NCBI GenBank assembly: GCA_017530105.1
Contig: JAFXMW010000108.1
Span: 8,798-72,797 of the forward strand
DNA length: 64,000 nt
Source of the DNA: Bacteroidales bacterium
GTDB taxonomy: Bacteria > Bacteroidota > Bacteroidia > Bacteroidales > P3
Reading direction: 5' to 3'
Shown here: in pieces, positions 55,916 through 64,000 of the stretch
Numbering within the stretch: position 1 is the stretch's first letter
Layout: each line of letters opens with the position of its first letter
The notes under the pieces: model-generated
Database searches by the model: none
Told to the model about the DNA's origin: nothing
Seen by the model: the letters and a program-made list of their open reading frames with translations, nothing else
Program-made: the position numbers and the translations under genes

Positions 55916-57343
55916 ATGGACCGCAGAGAATTTCTTAAAAGCATGGGGGCTGGAGCTCTCGCCACAGCAGCCTTGGCCGCAGGTTGCGATTCGCCTAACA
56001 AGACTACTGCCGAGGGCTTCGCTACGGGCGAAGTACCCACCGACAAGATGACCTACCGCACCGGCACTCACGGTGAGAAGGTCTCGCTTCTCGGCTATGG
56101 ATGTATGCGCCTGCCCTCCACCGAGGAGGGTAAGGACGGCAACCAGACCGAAGGCGACCTCGACCAAGATCGCATCAACGAACTGACTGACTACGCCATT
56201 GCCCACGGCCTCAACCTCTTCGACACTGCACCGCGTTATTGCAAGGCGCGCTCCGAGATAGCCATGGGTAAAGCCCTTAGCCGCCATCGTCGCGACGAGT
56301 ATTTCATCAGTACCAAACTTTCCAACCAGAATCCAAGTCTCTGGACACGGCAAGGCAGTATCGAGATGTTCCAGCAGTCGCTCGAGCGTCTCCAAGTCGA
56401 CTATATCGACTTCTACATGCTCCACTGCGTGGGGCTCCCCGGACGCGACAAAGACGGCAATCCCGTCTCGCCACACGATGCCTTTATGCGCCGTTTTGTC
56501 GATAACGGCATGATAGAATACCTCATGCAACAGCGCGATAAGGGAGTAATCCGCAACCTCGGTTTCTCCTACCACGGCGATGTCAACGTCTTCGACGAGG
56601 CTCTTGCCATGCACGAGAAAGTACATTGGGACCATGCCCTAATCCAGCACAACTACATCAACTGGCAGCACGCGGCCTCCCTTTCGCCCGACGGTAACGG
56701 GGACGCCAACTCAGAGTACCTCTATGGCGAATTGGCCAAACGCGACATCCCCGTTTTCGTCATGGAGCCCCTGTTGGGCGGTCAGCTGGCCAACCTGCCG
56801 CAGTTTGCTGTGGACGAGTTCAAACGCCGTGCGCCCGAAAGCAGTCTTGCCTCATGGGCTTTCCGTTTCGCGGGCACTTTGCCGCGCATTCTCACCGTGC
56901 TCAGCGGCATGACCTACATGGAACATCTGCAGGACAACCTGCGCACCATGTCGCCCCTCAATCCCCTCACCGATGAGGAGATGTCCATGCTCCACTCCAT
57001 CGCTGACCGCTATGTCGAGTTTCCGATTGTGCCCTGCACGGGTTGCCAGTACTGCATGCCCTGCCCCTATGGCATCGACATCCCCGGCAACTTTGCCCAC
57101 TACAACCGCATGGTCAACGAGGGCAACCTGCTCGACACTCCCGGCGACGATGCCACAAGCCAGGAACGCCGTGCCTACCGCAAGGCCCGCCGTGCCTACC
57201 TCGTCAGCTATGGCCGCGAGATTGCGCGTGAGCGGCAAGCCGACCACTGCATTGGTTGCGGGCGGTGCCTGCACGAGTGTCCACAGGGAATCAACATCCC
57301 CGTCAAACTTGCCGAAATAGAGAAAATCATGTTTGCCGATTAG
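55916..57343 (+). CDS. Tat-signal aldo/keto reductase with C-terminal 4Fe-4S ferredoxin-like motifs
   Basis: MDRREFLKSMGAGALATAALAAGC (twin-arginine plus lipobox-like), the AKR block LFDTAPRYCKARSEIAMGKAL, and CTGCQYCMPCP and CIGCGRCLHECP. Confidence 0.75.
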   Translation: MDRREFLKSMGAGALATAALAAGCDSPNKTTAEGFATGEVPTDKMTYRTGTHGEKVSLLGYGCMRLPSTEEGKDGNQTEGDLDQDRINELTDYAIAHGLNLFDTAPRYCKARSEIAMGKALSRHRRDEYFISTKLSNQNPSLWTRQGSIEMFQQSLERLQVDYIDFYMLHCVGLPGRDKDGNPVSPHDAFMRRFVDNGMIEYLMQQRDKGVIRNLGFSYHGDVNVFDEALAMHEKVHWDHALIQHNYINWQHAASLSPDGNGDANSEYLYGELAKRDIPVFVMEPLLGGQLANLPQFAVDEFKRRAPESSLASWAFRFAGTLPRILTVLSGMTYMEHLQDNLRTMSPLNPLTDEEMSMLHSIADRYVEFPIVPCTGCQYCMPCPYGIDIPGNFAHYNRMVNEGNLLDTPGDDATSQERRAYRKARRAYLVSYGREIARERQADHCIGCGRCLHECPQGINIPVKLAEIEKIMFAD

Positions 57344-57392
57344 TCCTTTGTGACTGATTTGACCGATCAACCCCTATAATAATCATCGCACT

Positions 57393-57596
57393 ATGAAACT
57401 GTTGTTATTAGGTTTAGGTACATGGGAAATTGTCATTATCGTCCTGGTGGTGCTGCTGCTTTTCGGTGGCAAGAAGATTCCCGAGCTGATGCACGGCGTT
57501 GGCAAGGGTGTGAAAAGCTTCAAGGACGGCTTGAACGGACTTGAAGACTCCAAGCCCTCGGAAGGGAAAAAAGAGGAAACCAAGAAGGACGAGTAA
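57393..57596 (+). CDS. tatA: Twin-arginine translocase subunit TatA/E
   Basis: 67 aa. A transmembrane helix is followed by [25 protein letters not shown]. Confidence 0.85.
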   Translation: MKLLLLGLGTWEIVIIVLVVLLLFGGKKIPELMHGVGKGVKSFKDGLNGLEDSKPSEGKKEETKKDE

Positions 57597-57653
57597 ACAT
57601 GTAAATGCGGGGATGGGTAAGCAATTTACAATCCTCAATTTGCTATCTTCAAT

Positions 57654-58412
57654 TTGCAATTGGACTTCTGGGGACACCTCGACGAGCTGCGCGGCAGCCT
57701 GATTAAGGCACTGGTGGCGGTGGCCGTGGGTGCCGTGGCGGCTTTTTGCTGCAAGGACTGGCTCTTCGCCGTTGTCATGGCCCCCTCGCGGCCCGACTTT
57801 GTCACTTACCAGCTTTTCAAGCGCGTCGCGGGTGTCGGCACCGATTTCCATATCAGCCTTTTCAATCCCGAACTGGCACAGCAGTTCATCGTCCACATGC
57901 GCGTGGCTCTGTGGGCGGGATTGCTCATTGTGTCGCCCTATGTGCTGTATGTGCTGTTCCATTTTGTCGCCCCCGGACTCTATGTCCACGAGCGTCGCCA
58001 TGCAGTCCGTGCCGTGGGGGGAGGCTACGTCATGTTCCTTCTCGGTGTGGCGTTGAACTATTTTCTCATCTTCCCCCTCACATTCCGTTTTCTCGGCACC
58101 TATCAAGTCAGTTCGGCTGTTCCCAACCAGATTGCCCTCACCTCCTATATCGACATCCTCCTCACGCTGTGCTTTCTCATGGGGGTGGTGTTCGAAATGC
58201 CCGTGCTTTCATGGCTGCTGGCTAAGATGGGGGTACTCAAGGCGTCGTTCATGACACGCTACCGTCGCCATGCTGTAGTGGTGGTGCTTATCGTCGCCGC
58301 CATCATCACCCCCACGGGCGATGCTGTCACCCTCTCGTTGGTGGCGTTGCCCATTTACGCTCTCTACGAGGTGAGCATCCTTGTGGTGCGCCGCACTCGT
58401 GCCATGGTATAG
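57654..58412 (+). CDS. tatC: Twin-arginine translocase subunit TatC
   Basis: FWGHLDELRGSLIKAL at the N-terminus and six hydrophobic segments. The only start codon after the in-frame stop at 57618 is TTG 57654. Confidence 0.85.
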   Translation: MQLDFWGHLDELRGSLIKALVAVAVGAVAAFCCKDWLFAVVMAPSRPDFVTYQLFKRVAGVGTDFHISLFNPELAQQFIVHMRVALWAGLLIVSPYVLYVLFHFVAPGLYVHERRHAVRAVGGGYVMFLLGVALNYFLIFPLTFRFLGTYQVSSAVPNQIALTSYIDILLTLCFLMGVVFEMPVLSWLLAKMGVLKASFMTRYRRHAVVVVLIVAAIITPTGDAVTLSLVALPIYALYEVSILVVRRTRAMV

Positions 58413-58481
58413 AACATGAATAAAACACAATAATGCCTGTCGCCTTCTCAGCAATGCCGGATGCACGTTTTTTCGAAAGCT

Positions 58482-58540
58482 GTATTACACTTGTTTTACA
58501 CTTTTAAAGTGTAAAACAAGTGTAATACAAGTGTAAAACA
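58482..58540. repeat. 47-bp near-perfect palindrome extended by a third direct hexamer; phased GTGTAA array
   Basis: gtattacacttgttttacacttt-t-aaagtgtaaaacaagtgtaatac (23-bp arms). TTACAC occurs at 58485 and 58496. GTGTAA occurs at 58509, 58520 and 58531, an 11-bp spacing. Confidence 0.9.
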
Positions 58541-58636
58541 ACCATTGAACAGACGGAGGAACATGAGGTCGGCAATTCGGACGGCAAGCAGAGTAAATTA
58601 ACTGGCAAAAGGCTTATAGACAATAAACTGCAAAAG

Positions 58637-61369
58637 ATGAAAAAGAGTATAGCATTGTTAGTGATAATGTTGGCTGTTGCCCAATGCGGCATGGCGCAAC
58701 GTGCCGCCCGAGGGTTGGCGCAGCGTATTCTGGGCGACAAGGCCGCAGGCTTTGAGTTTGTTTTGACCGCGGACAGCGGCGATGTGTTCACCCTGTCGCA
58801 AAAGGGCGACAAGGTGAGTATCGAGGGCAGCAACGAGAATGCTATGTGCATGGGGTTGAACTATTACCTGAAGCAGTATGCCCATGTGCATGTGTCGTGG
58901 TATGCCAGCCAGCCTGTCGAGTTGCCGCGGCGACTGCCCAAGGTGACGGAGTCGGTGACCCGTCGCTGCACCGTGCCGGTGAGGTTTTTCCTCAATTACT
59001 GCACCTACGGCTATACCATGCCGTGGTGGCAATGGAAAGAGTGGGAACGGTTTATCGACTGGATGGCCCTCAACGGGGTGAACATGCCGCTGGCACTCAC
59101 GGGACAGGAAGCCGTGTGGCAGGAGGTGTGGCGTGAGCTGGGCATGACCGACGACGAGATACGCGCCTATTTCAGCGGTCCCGCCCATCTGCCGTGGCAC
59201 CGCATGGCCAATCTGGACGGATTTGGCGGACCCCTGCCGCAAAGGTGGATTGACGGGCAGCGTAACCTCCAGAAAAAGATTCTGGCACGTGAACGCGCCT
59301 TGGGCATGACCCCTGTGTTGCCGGCTTTTGCCGGGCATGTGCCGACAAAAATAGCCGAACGCTACCCCGATGCCGACATCAAGCGGCTGAGCAGCTGGTG
59401 CGGTTTCGAGCCTACCTGTTTCATGAACTCCACCGACAGCCTGTTTGCCGTCATTCAACGGCTTTACCTCGAAAAACAGACCGCTCTCTATGGCACCGAC
59501 CACATCTATGGGGTGGACCCGTTCAACGAGATGGACCCTCCCAGTTGGGAACCACAGTATCTGGCTTCGGTGTCGGAGAACATCTATGCCTCGCTGCAAC
59601 AGGTTGACTCGGCTGCACGATGGCTGCAGATGTCGTGGGTGTTTTACTATAAACGCAAGCAGTGGACACCTGAAAGGTTGCGGTCCTATCTCACCGCCGT
59701 GCCTCAGGGCAGGATGATTCTGCTCGACTACTTCTGCGAGAAGACTGAGGTGTGGCGCGAAACCGATGGCTTTTTCGGGCAACCCTTCATCTGGTGCTAT
59801 CTGGGTAATTTCGGGGGGAACACCATGCTTGTGGGAGACCTCAACGTGCTGAGCGGCAAACTGGACGCGGCTTATGGCGAACAGGGAGGAAATATGCTTG
59901 GCGTGGGCTCCACTTTGGAGAGTTTCGACAATAGTCCGCAGATATTCGAGTTGTTGCTGGAGCATCCCTGGGTGTTGGACGAACCCGCCGAAAGGGTGGC
60001 GACATTCACCCGCCGCTGGGCCGACTTGCGCTATGGCGGGGAGAATGAGAGTTGCCGCGAGGCGTGGAGGCTGCTGGTGGACTCGGTCTATAAGGATTGG
60101 TCGTTCTATGGTCTGGGCACCCAGATGGTGGCGCGGCCGTCGTTGGCGGGTCACGGCACCTATTACACCAAGCCCTATTATTCTTACGACAACGGCACGC
60201 TGCTGAGGGCAGTAAGGCTGATGATGCAGTCGCCTTCGAAACGGGTTTCTTACCAATACGATGTGGCAAACCTCTTGTCGCAATGGCTGGGCAACCACTT
60301 TATGGAGGTGCGCGATGCCTACACCGCCGCCTATCGCAGGGGAGATACCGCCTCGATGCACCGCTATGCCGCTTTGGCACTCGAGATGATTGACGATGCC
60401 GACACGCTGCTGCGTACGGTGAAGCCTTTCGATTACTACGAGTGGGCTAAGCAGGCCCATTCGTGGGGCAGGGGAGAGCGTGAGCAGTGGTACTACGAAA
60501 CCCAGGCACGCACACTGCTCACCGTGTGGGGTGGGCCGGTGCTGAACGACTACGCCAACCGCATGTGGGGACGGCTGCTGAAACAATACTACCGCACACG
60601 GTGGAGCCTGTTTTTCGACGCTGTAGATTCAACGCTTGTAGCGGGTGGCCATTTTGACGAGAAGGCCTTCGGCAAAAGACTTTCGGAGTATGAAAACCAT
60701 TGGGCGGGGATAGCAAGTTGGGTGATTGCCGAAGGGAAGCGGGGTGGCACCATCGATGTTGCCAAGTATATAATGCGAAAGATAGATAAAGGCTATTATG
60801 ATGTGCCCAATCGCGTGGTCGAGACGCTGGGCGCGTATATGCGGCAGTTCCCCGAGGCGCAGTTGATGGATGTGTACAAGAGCTGCTTTCAGGATGTGTA
60901 CGGGATAGAGCACCTATTGAGCGATTCGGCAACGTGTGCGCAGTATATCTTGGACGAGATGTCGCGGATGGACAGCAGCGACCACCGCTATCCCCTTTAC
61001 GAGTATACCGGAGTGGAGGGCAATTATGTGCGGGTGAACCTGCAGGTGTTGAAAGAAGGAAAGATGGAAGTGGGTCGTTTTGTTCAGCTGTTGATGAAAG
61101 GGGTGCAGAAGGGGGAGAAACTGCCGTTGTACGACTGGCGGGGTCAGTGGGGACGGATTGTAGCGGTGCTGAGGGGATTTGACCAGAGTGTCCGTCCGCA
61201 TCACTTTGAGGAGGATGTGGCAGAATTGGAAAAAATGTTCAACAGCGGAGAATATGCCTGCCACCACAGCCAACGCTTTAGAGAAAACTATGCCCCACAT
61301 TTCCGCATCATCCGCCGCGACTTGTTTGAGCAGCAGATTCTGCCACACCTTTTAATAGATGAAAAATGA
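58637..61369 (+). CDS. Alpha-N-acetylglucosaminidase (GH89, NAGLU-like) with ~190-aa C-terminal extension
   Basis: The signal peptide and WWQWKEWERFIDWMALNGVNMPLALTGQEAVWQEVW...GPAHLPWHRMANL blocks are typical of GH89. Homology to NAGLU appears to end near ...GGTIDVAKYIMRKIDKGYY. Confidence 0.8.
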   Translation: MKKSIALLVIMLAVAQCGMAQRAARGLAQRILGDKAAGFEFVLTADSGDVFTLSQKGDKVSIEGSNENAMCMGLNYYLKQYAHVHVSWYASQPVELPRRLPKVTESVTRRCTVPVRFFLNYCTYGYTMPWWQWKEWERFIDWMALNGVNMPLALTGQEAVWQEVWRELGMTDDEIRAYFSGPAHLPWHRMANLDGFGGPLPQRWIDGQRNLQKKILARERALGMTPVLPAFAGHVPTKIAERYPDADIKRLSSWCGFEPTCFMNSTDSLFAVIQRLYLEKQTALYGTDHIYGVDPFNEMDPPSWEPQYLASVSENIYASLQQVDSAARWLQMSWVFYYKRKQWTPERLRSYLTAVPQGRMILLDYFCEKTEVWRETDGFFGQPFIWCYLGNFGGNTMLVGDLNVLSGKLDAAYGEQGGNMLGVGSTLESFDNSPQIFELLLEHPWVLDEPAERVATFTRRWADLRYGGENESCREAWRLLVDSVYKDWSFYGLGTQMVARPSLAGHGTYYTKPYYSYDNGTLLRAVRLMMQSPSKRVSYQYDVANLLSQWLGNHFMEVRDAYTAAYRRGDTASMHRYAALALEMIDDADTLLRTVKPFDYYEWAKQAHSWGRGEREQWYYETQARTLLTVWGGPVLNDYANRMWGRLLKQYYRTRWSLFFDAVDSTLVAGGHFDEKAFGKRLSEYENHWAGIASWVIAEGKRGGTIDVAKYIMRKIDKGYYDVPNRVVETLGAYMRQFPEAQLMDVYKSCFQDVYGIEHLLSDSATCAQYILDEMSRMDSSDHRYPLYEYTGVEGNYVRVNLQVLKEGKMEVGRFVQLLMKGVQKGEKLPLYDWRGQWGRIVAVLRGFDQSVRPHHFEEDVAELEKMFNSGEYACHHSQRFRENYAPHFRIIRRDLFEQQILPHLLIDEK

Positions 61370-61440
61370 AAAAAATAAGATGATAATTCTGTATCCTCGA
61401 AGATAGTTTAAAACATATTTACATATCAAAAAAAGTATCA

Positions 61441-62184
61441 ATGATTATGAAAACAAATGGATTGAATCCTTGGCTGATACTGCCGACTTGCATTTTGCTT
61501 GTTTTGTGTAGTTGTGGCAAGGATACGCCCTTAGAGCTTTCGGACCCACAGGAAGAAAATGTTGTTGGCTTCTCTGTATCACCGGAGAAGAGAGTGGAGT
61601 TTGCACATGGGAACCTGACTCCTGACGGTCTCTCATTTGAAGAAAACCAGTGGGATTTCGGCGGTCTGTTTGCCTGGAGTGTTACAGAACCAGGCAACAC
61701 ATCGTATTATGCTGACTTTACCGACTGGGGCAACAGTATTGAAGGAGAATGGCGCACTTTAACAATAGACGAGTGGATGTATCTGTTCATCGATCGTGAC
61801 GGTGCAGAGGAGAAAATGGGAATAGGAAATGTTGATGGCGTAGGTGGGTTGATACTGCTGCCTGATGCTTGGAAAATACCGGAAGGACAACATTTTGTAC
61901 CAGGATTTGCAGAGATCAATGATGACTGGAGCCTCAACGAATACACGCTTTCGGACTGGGAAAAGATGGAATCTGCAGGTGCGGTGTTCCTGCCTGCCGC
62001 AGGCGATGGATTTGGAAGGTCGGCATGCCGTGTGGGAGCGATGGGCTTCTATTGGTCGTCTTCCACTCGGGGGCCGCAGGCGGCACAGTATGTCTTCTTC
62101 TACAGCTATTATCTGGCACAGGGAAGCCGTGGACCGGGAAACCGGTATTCGGTACGGTTGGTGCATGATGTTGTCGGGCAATAG
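61441..62184 (+). CDS. Lipoprotein, FISUMP/DUF1566-like C-terminal pattern
   Basis: Lipobox LVLCSCG. The pattern EWRTLTIDEWMYL ... FLPAAG ... GFYWSSS recalls the Fibrobacter paralogous / DUF1566-type domain. The assignment is weak. Confidence 0.4.
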   Translation: MIMKTNGLNPWLILPTCILLVLCSCGKDTPLELSDPQEENVVGFSVSPEKRVEFAHGNLTPDGLSFEENQWDFGGLFAWSVTEPGNTSYYADFTDWGNSIEGEWRTLTIDEWMYLFIDRDGAEEKMGIGNVDGVGGLILLPDAWKIPEGQHFVPGFAEINDDWSLNEYTLSDWEKMESAGAVFLPAAGDGFGRSACRVGAMGFYWSSSTRGPQAAQYVFFYSYYLAQGSRGPGNRYSVRLVHDVVGQ

Positions 62185-62339
62185 CAACGGTTCCGCTTGG
62201 TGGGGAATTATCAACATGATGTTGATAAGTAATGTGGATGAATTTATTGTAAATTGGGGGATTTCCCGTATTTTTGCAATGCCCTTTTGTGGGAGTATGT
62301 ATAGACTTAGAAAATAATAATAATTTAAAATACAGGAGT

Positions 62340-62963
62340 ATGGCACTGTATATTACAAACCACCCGTTGATTCAGCACAAGCTGACTATTATGCGCAGGA
62401 GGGAGACGGGTACCCTCGAGTTCCGCGAATTGTTGAAAGAGATAGGTATGTTGATGGGCTATGAAGTCTGCCGCGATTTCCCTTTGAAAGAGGTGGAGAT
62501 TGAGACCCCTATGCAGAAGATGATTGCTCACGAGTTAGACGGCAAGAAAGTGGCGGTAGTGCCCATTTTGCGTGCCGGTCTGGGCATGGTGGACGGTATT
62601 CTGACCCTTATCCCCGCTGCCAAGGTGGGACATATTGGCATGTATCGCGACGAAAAGACTCACGAGCCTGTGTTCTATTACTACAAGATGCCCGAGGGCA
62701 AGGATCGCATGGTTATCCTCACCGACCCCATGTTGGCAACAGGGGGAAGCGCGTGCGACGCTATCAAGCGGTTGAAGGACGACGGGTACACCAACATCCG
62801 CATGGTCTGTCTGGTCTCTTCCCCACAGGGTGTGGAACGTGTGCAGAAAGAACATCCCGATGTGGACATCTACACCGCTGCCCTCGACGACGGGTTGAAC
62901 AAGGATTGCTATATCCTGCCTGGCTTGGGTGATGCAGGCGACAGGATTTTCGGTACCCTTTAG
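62340..62963 (+). CDS. upp: Uracil phosphoribosyltransferase
   Basis: [16 protein letters not shown]..., ILRAGLGM and the [15 protein letters not shown]-binding motif. The start is set at ATG 62340. Confidence 0.9.
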   Translation: MALYITNHPLIQHKLTIMRRRETGTLEFRELLKEIGMLMGYEVCRDFPLKEVEIETPMQKMIAHELDGKKVAVVPILRAGLGMVDGILTLIPAAKVGHIGMYRDEKTHEPVFYYYKMPEGKDRMVILTDPMLATGGSACDAIKRLKDDGYTNIRMVCLVSSPQGVERVQKEHPDVDIYTAALDDGLNKDCYILPGLGDAGDRIFGTL

Positions 62964-63002
62964 TTATGACAAAATAAAGTATATTACATAATCGGCATTT
63001 TT

Positions 63003-64000
63003 ATGAAGAAGGTTATCATTCTGCTCCTTTGTGTGCTTCCTTTGATGGTGACGGCACAACGTGCCAAGAGAAATCCCAACGCTCAGTCTCTTCCCCAGCC
63101 CCGCAATGTTATCTTTATTGTTGGCGATGGCATGGGTACCGCCCAGGTCTATTCCTCTATCGTGGCGCAGCCTGACTCCCGCAGTGCTTTCCTGCGTTTC
63201 CCCTACTCGGGTTTCTCCCGTACCTATTCCTACAACCGCTACACCACCGACTCCGGTGCTGGCGGCACGGCTCTCATGACTGGCCACAAGGTGGAGAACC
63301 GTCATATAGCCAAAGGTCCCGACGGGACAGAATACAACTCTTTTCTTGTGGATGCCAAGCGTTTCTTCGGGAAGGCGGCAGGCTTTGTGGTGACAAGCAG
63401 TGTGCTGGACGCTACGCCGGCCTCCACCTATGCCCATGCAGCCAATCGCAAATCGTTCGACACCATCAGTATGCAGATGGCGCAATGCCCCTTCGAGGTG
63501 ATGATTGGCGGCGACAAGAACCATTTCCTTCCTGAGAACAGAGAAGACGGCAAGGCTCCTCTCGACACCCTTATGGCTCGTGGCTATGATATGGTCTACA
63601 GCATTATGGATATGACCCAGAGCCGTAGCCGTAAGATTTGCGGTCTCCTTTCGCCCGACAATCCCGACAAAGCCATGGACCGTGGCCGGATGCTTACTTT
63701 GGGTGCCTTGAAAGCCATCGAGACCCTCAACCGCTACGACAACGGTTTTGTGCTGATGATTGAAGGCTCGCAGATTGACTGGGCTTGCCACAACAACGAC
63801 AGCCTCTATCTTGCTGCCGAGATGGCCGACTTTGAGGATATGCTCCATGCGGTGCTCGACTTTGCCGAGCGCGATGGCCAGACCCTTGTCGTGGTGACAG
63901 CCGACCATGAGACGGGCGGCCTTACTCTCAAGAATGGCAGCATTGCCGACCACTACAATTGTCCCTCATGGTCTACAGGCGGTCATACAGGTGTGATGGT
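63003..64000 (+). CDS. Alkaline phosphatase (PhoA family), 3' end beyond window
   Basis: My own translation from ATG 63003: MKKVIILLLCVLPLMVTAQ..., NVIFIVGDGMGTAQ, YTTDSGAGGTALMTGHK and VVTADHETGG. The frame is open to the window end. This ORF is absent from the track because it has no stop. The track's 62964..63953 minus-strand ORF is its antisense shadow. Confidence 0.85.
   Translation, partial: MKKVIILLLCVLPLMVTAQRAKRNPNAQSLPQPRNVIFIVGDGMGTAQVYSSIVAQPDSRSAFLRFPYSGFSRTYSYNRYTTDSGAGGTALMTGHKVENRHIAKGPDGTEYNSFLVDAKRFFGKAAGFVVTSSVLDATPASTYAHAANRKSFDTISMQMAQCPFEVMIGGDKNHFLPENREDGKAPLDTLMARGYDMVYSIMDMTQSRSRKICGLLSPDNPDKAMDRGRMLTLGALKAIETLNRYDNGFVLMIEGSQIDWACHNNDSLYLAAEMADFEDMLHAVLDFAERDGQTLVVVTADHETGGLTLKNGSIADHYNCPSWSTGGHTGVM

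Noticed and set aside
58658-60586. 642-aa minus-strand ORF inside the GH89 gene
   Set aside because: It is an antisense shadow of a gene with clear NAGLU-type blocks. The product is Arg/Gly/His/Pro-rich nonsense, typical of the reverse frame of NNC-biased genes.
62964-63953. 329-aa minus-strand ORF at the right end of the window
   Set aside because: The plus strand from ATG 63003 encodes a clear alkaline phosphatase (DGMG, TDSGAGGTA, ADHETGG). That ORF is missing from the track only because it has no stop within the window. The minus-strand ORF is its shadow.
1-64000. Search by eye for tRNA, rRNA, tmRNA, riboswitch leaders, integrase/transposase genes, prophage or defence-island gene sets
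   Set aside because: None of the intergenic gaps longer than 200 bp shows a cloverleaf-compatible sequence or an rRNA-like block. No ORF carries recombinase, transposase, restriction-modification, Cas or toxin-antitoxin motifs that I can recognise. Absence by eye is not proof, and tRNAscan-SE, Infernal/Rfam and PADLOC/DefenseFinder should be run.

Overview
This 64-kb window looks like an ordinary chromosomal segment of a Bacteroidota (Bacteroidales-like) genome. The supporting signs are Bacteroides-type TAnnTTTG -7 boxes upstream of many genes, a type IX secretion (T9SS) gene set, and strongly C-ending codon usage. That codon bias produces many long antisense shadow ORFs in the track. I call 47 protein-coding genes. 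They include glycoside hydrolases (GH97, GH78, GH89), two signal-peptide PepC-type cysteine aminopeptidases and housekeeping genes (guaB, panB, ispF, clpS, grpE, dnaJ, upp, a murF-alr fusion, tatA/tatC). There is also a floA/nfeD pair, a MoxR ATPase, SurA-like PPIases, and a T9SS block of porU-porV diverging from a PorP/SprF-like and a GldJ/PorK-like gene. At least two T9SS cargo proteins are present. I saw no rRNA, tRNA, CRISPR array, transposase or integrase. The non-coding DNA is richer than the genes. It holds a ~203-bp MITE-like element (two copies plus a fragment), a ~110-bp palindromic element built from TTCTCCCATA decamers (three copies) and a perfect 75-bp tandem duplication. It also holds 75-bp hairpin direct repeats that bracket a single AAA/DUF4143 ATPase gene, and a 47-bp palindrome made of phased GTGTAA hexamers. 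The best candidates for something undescribed are four. First, an AT-rich two-gene secreted-protein islet (14149-16924) bounded by repeat elements. Second, the repeat-bracketed ATPase cassette. Third, a hemerythrin gene translationally coupled to a LuxR regulator with a degenerate receiver. Fourth, a CPBP protease fused to an unknown domain. I do not see a clear multi-gene defence or biosynthetic system. All novelty claims are hypotheses from reading sequence by eye, and family assignments rest on remembered motifs rather than searches.
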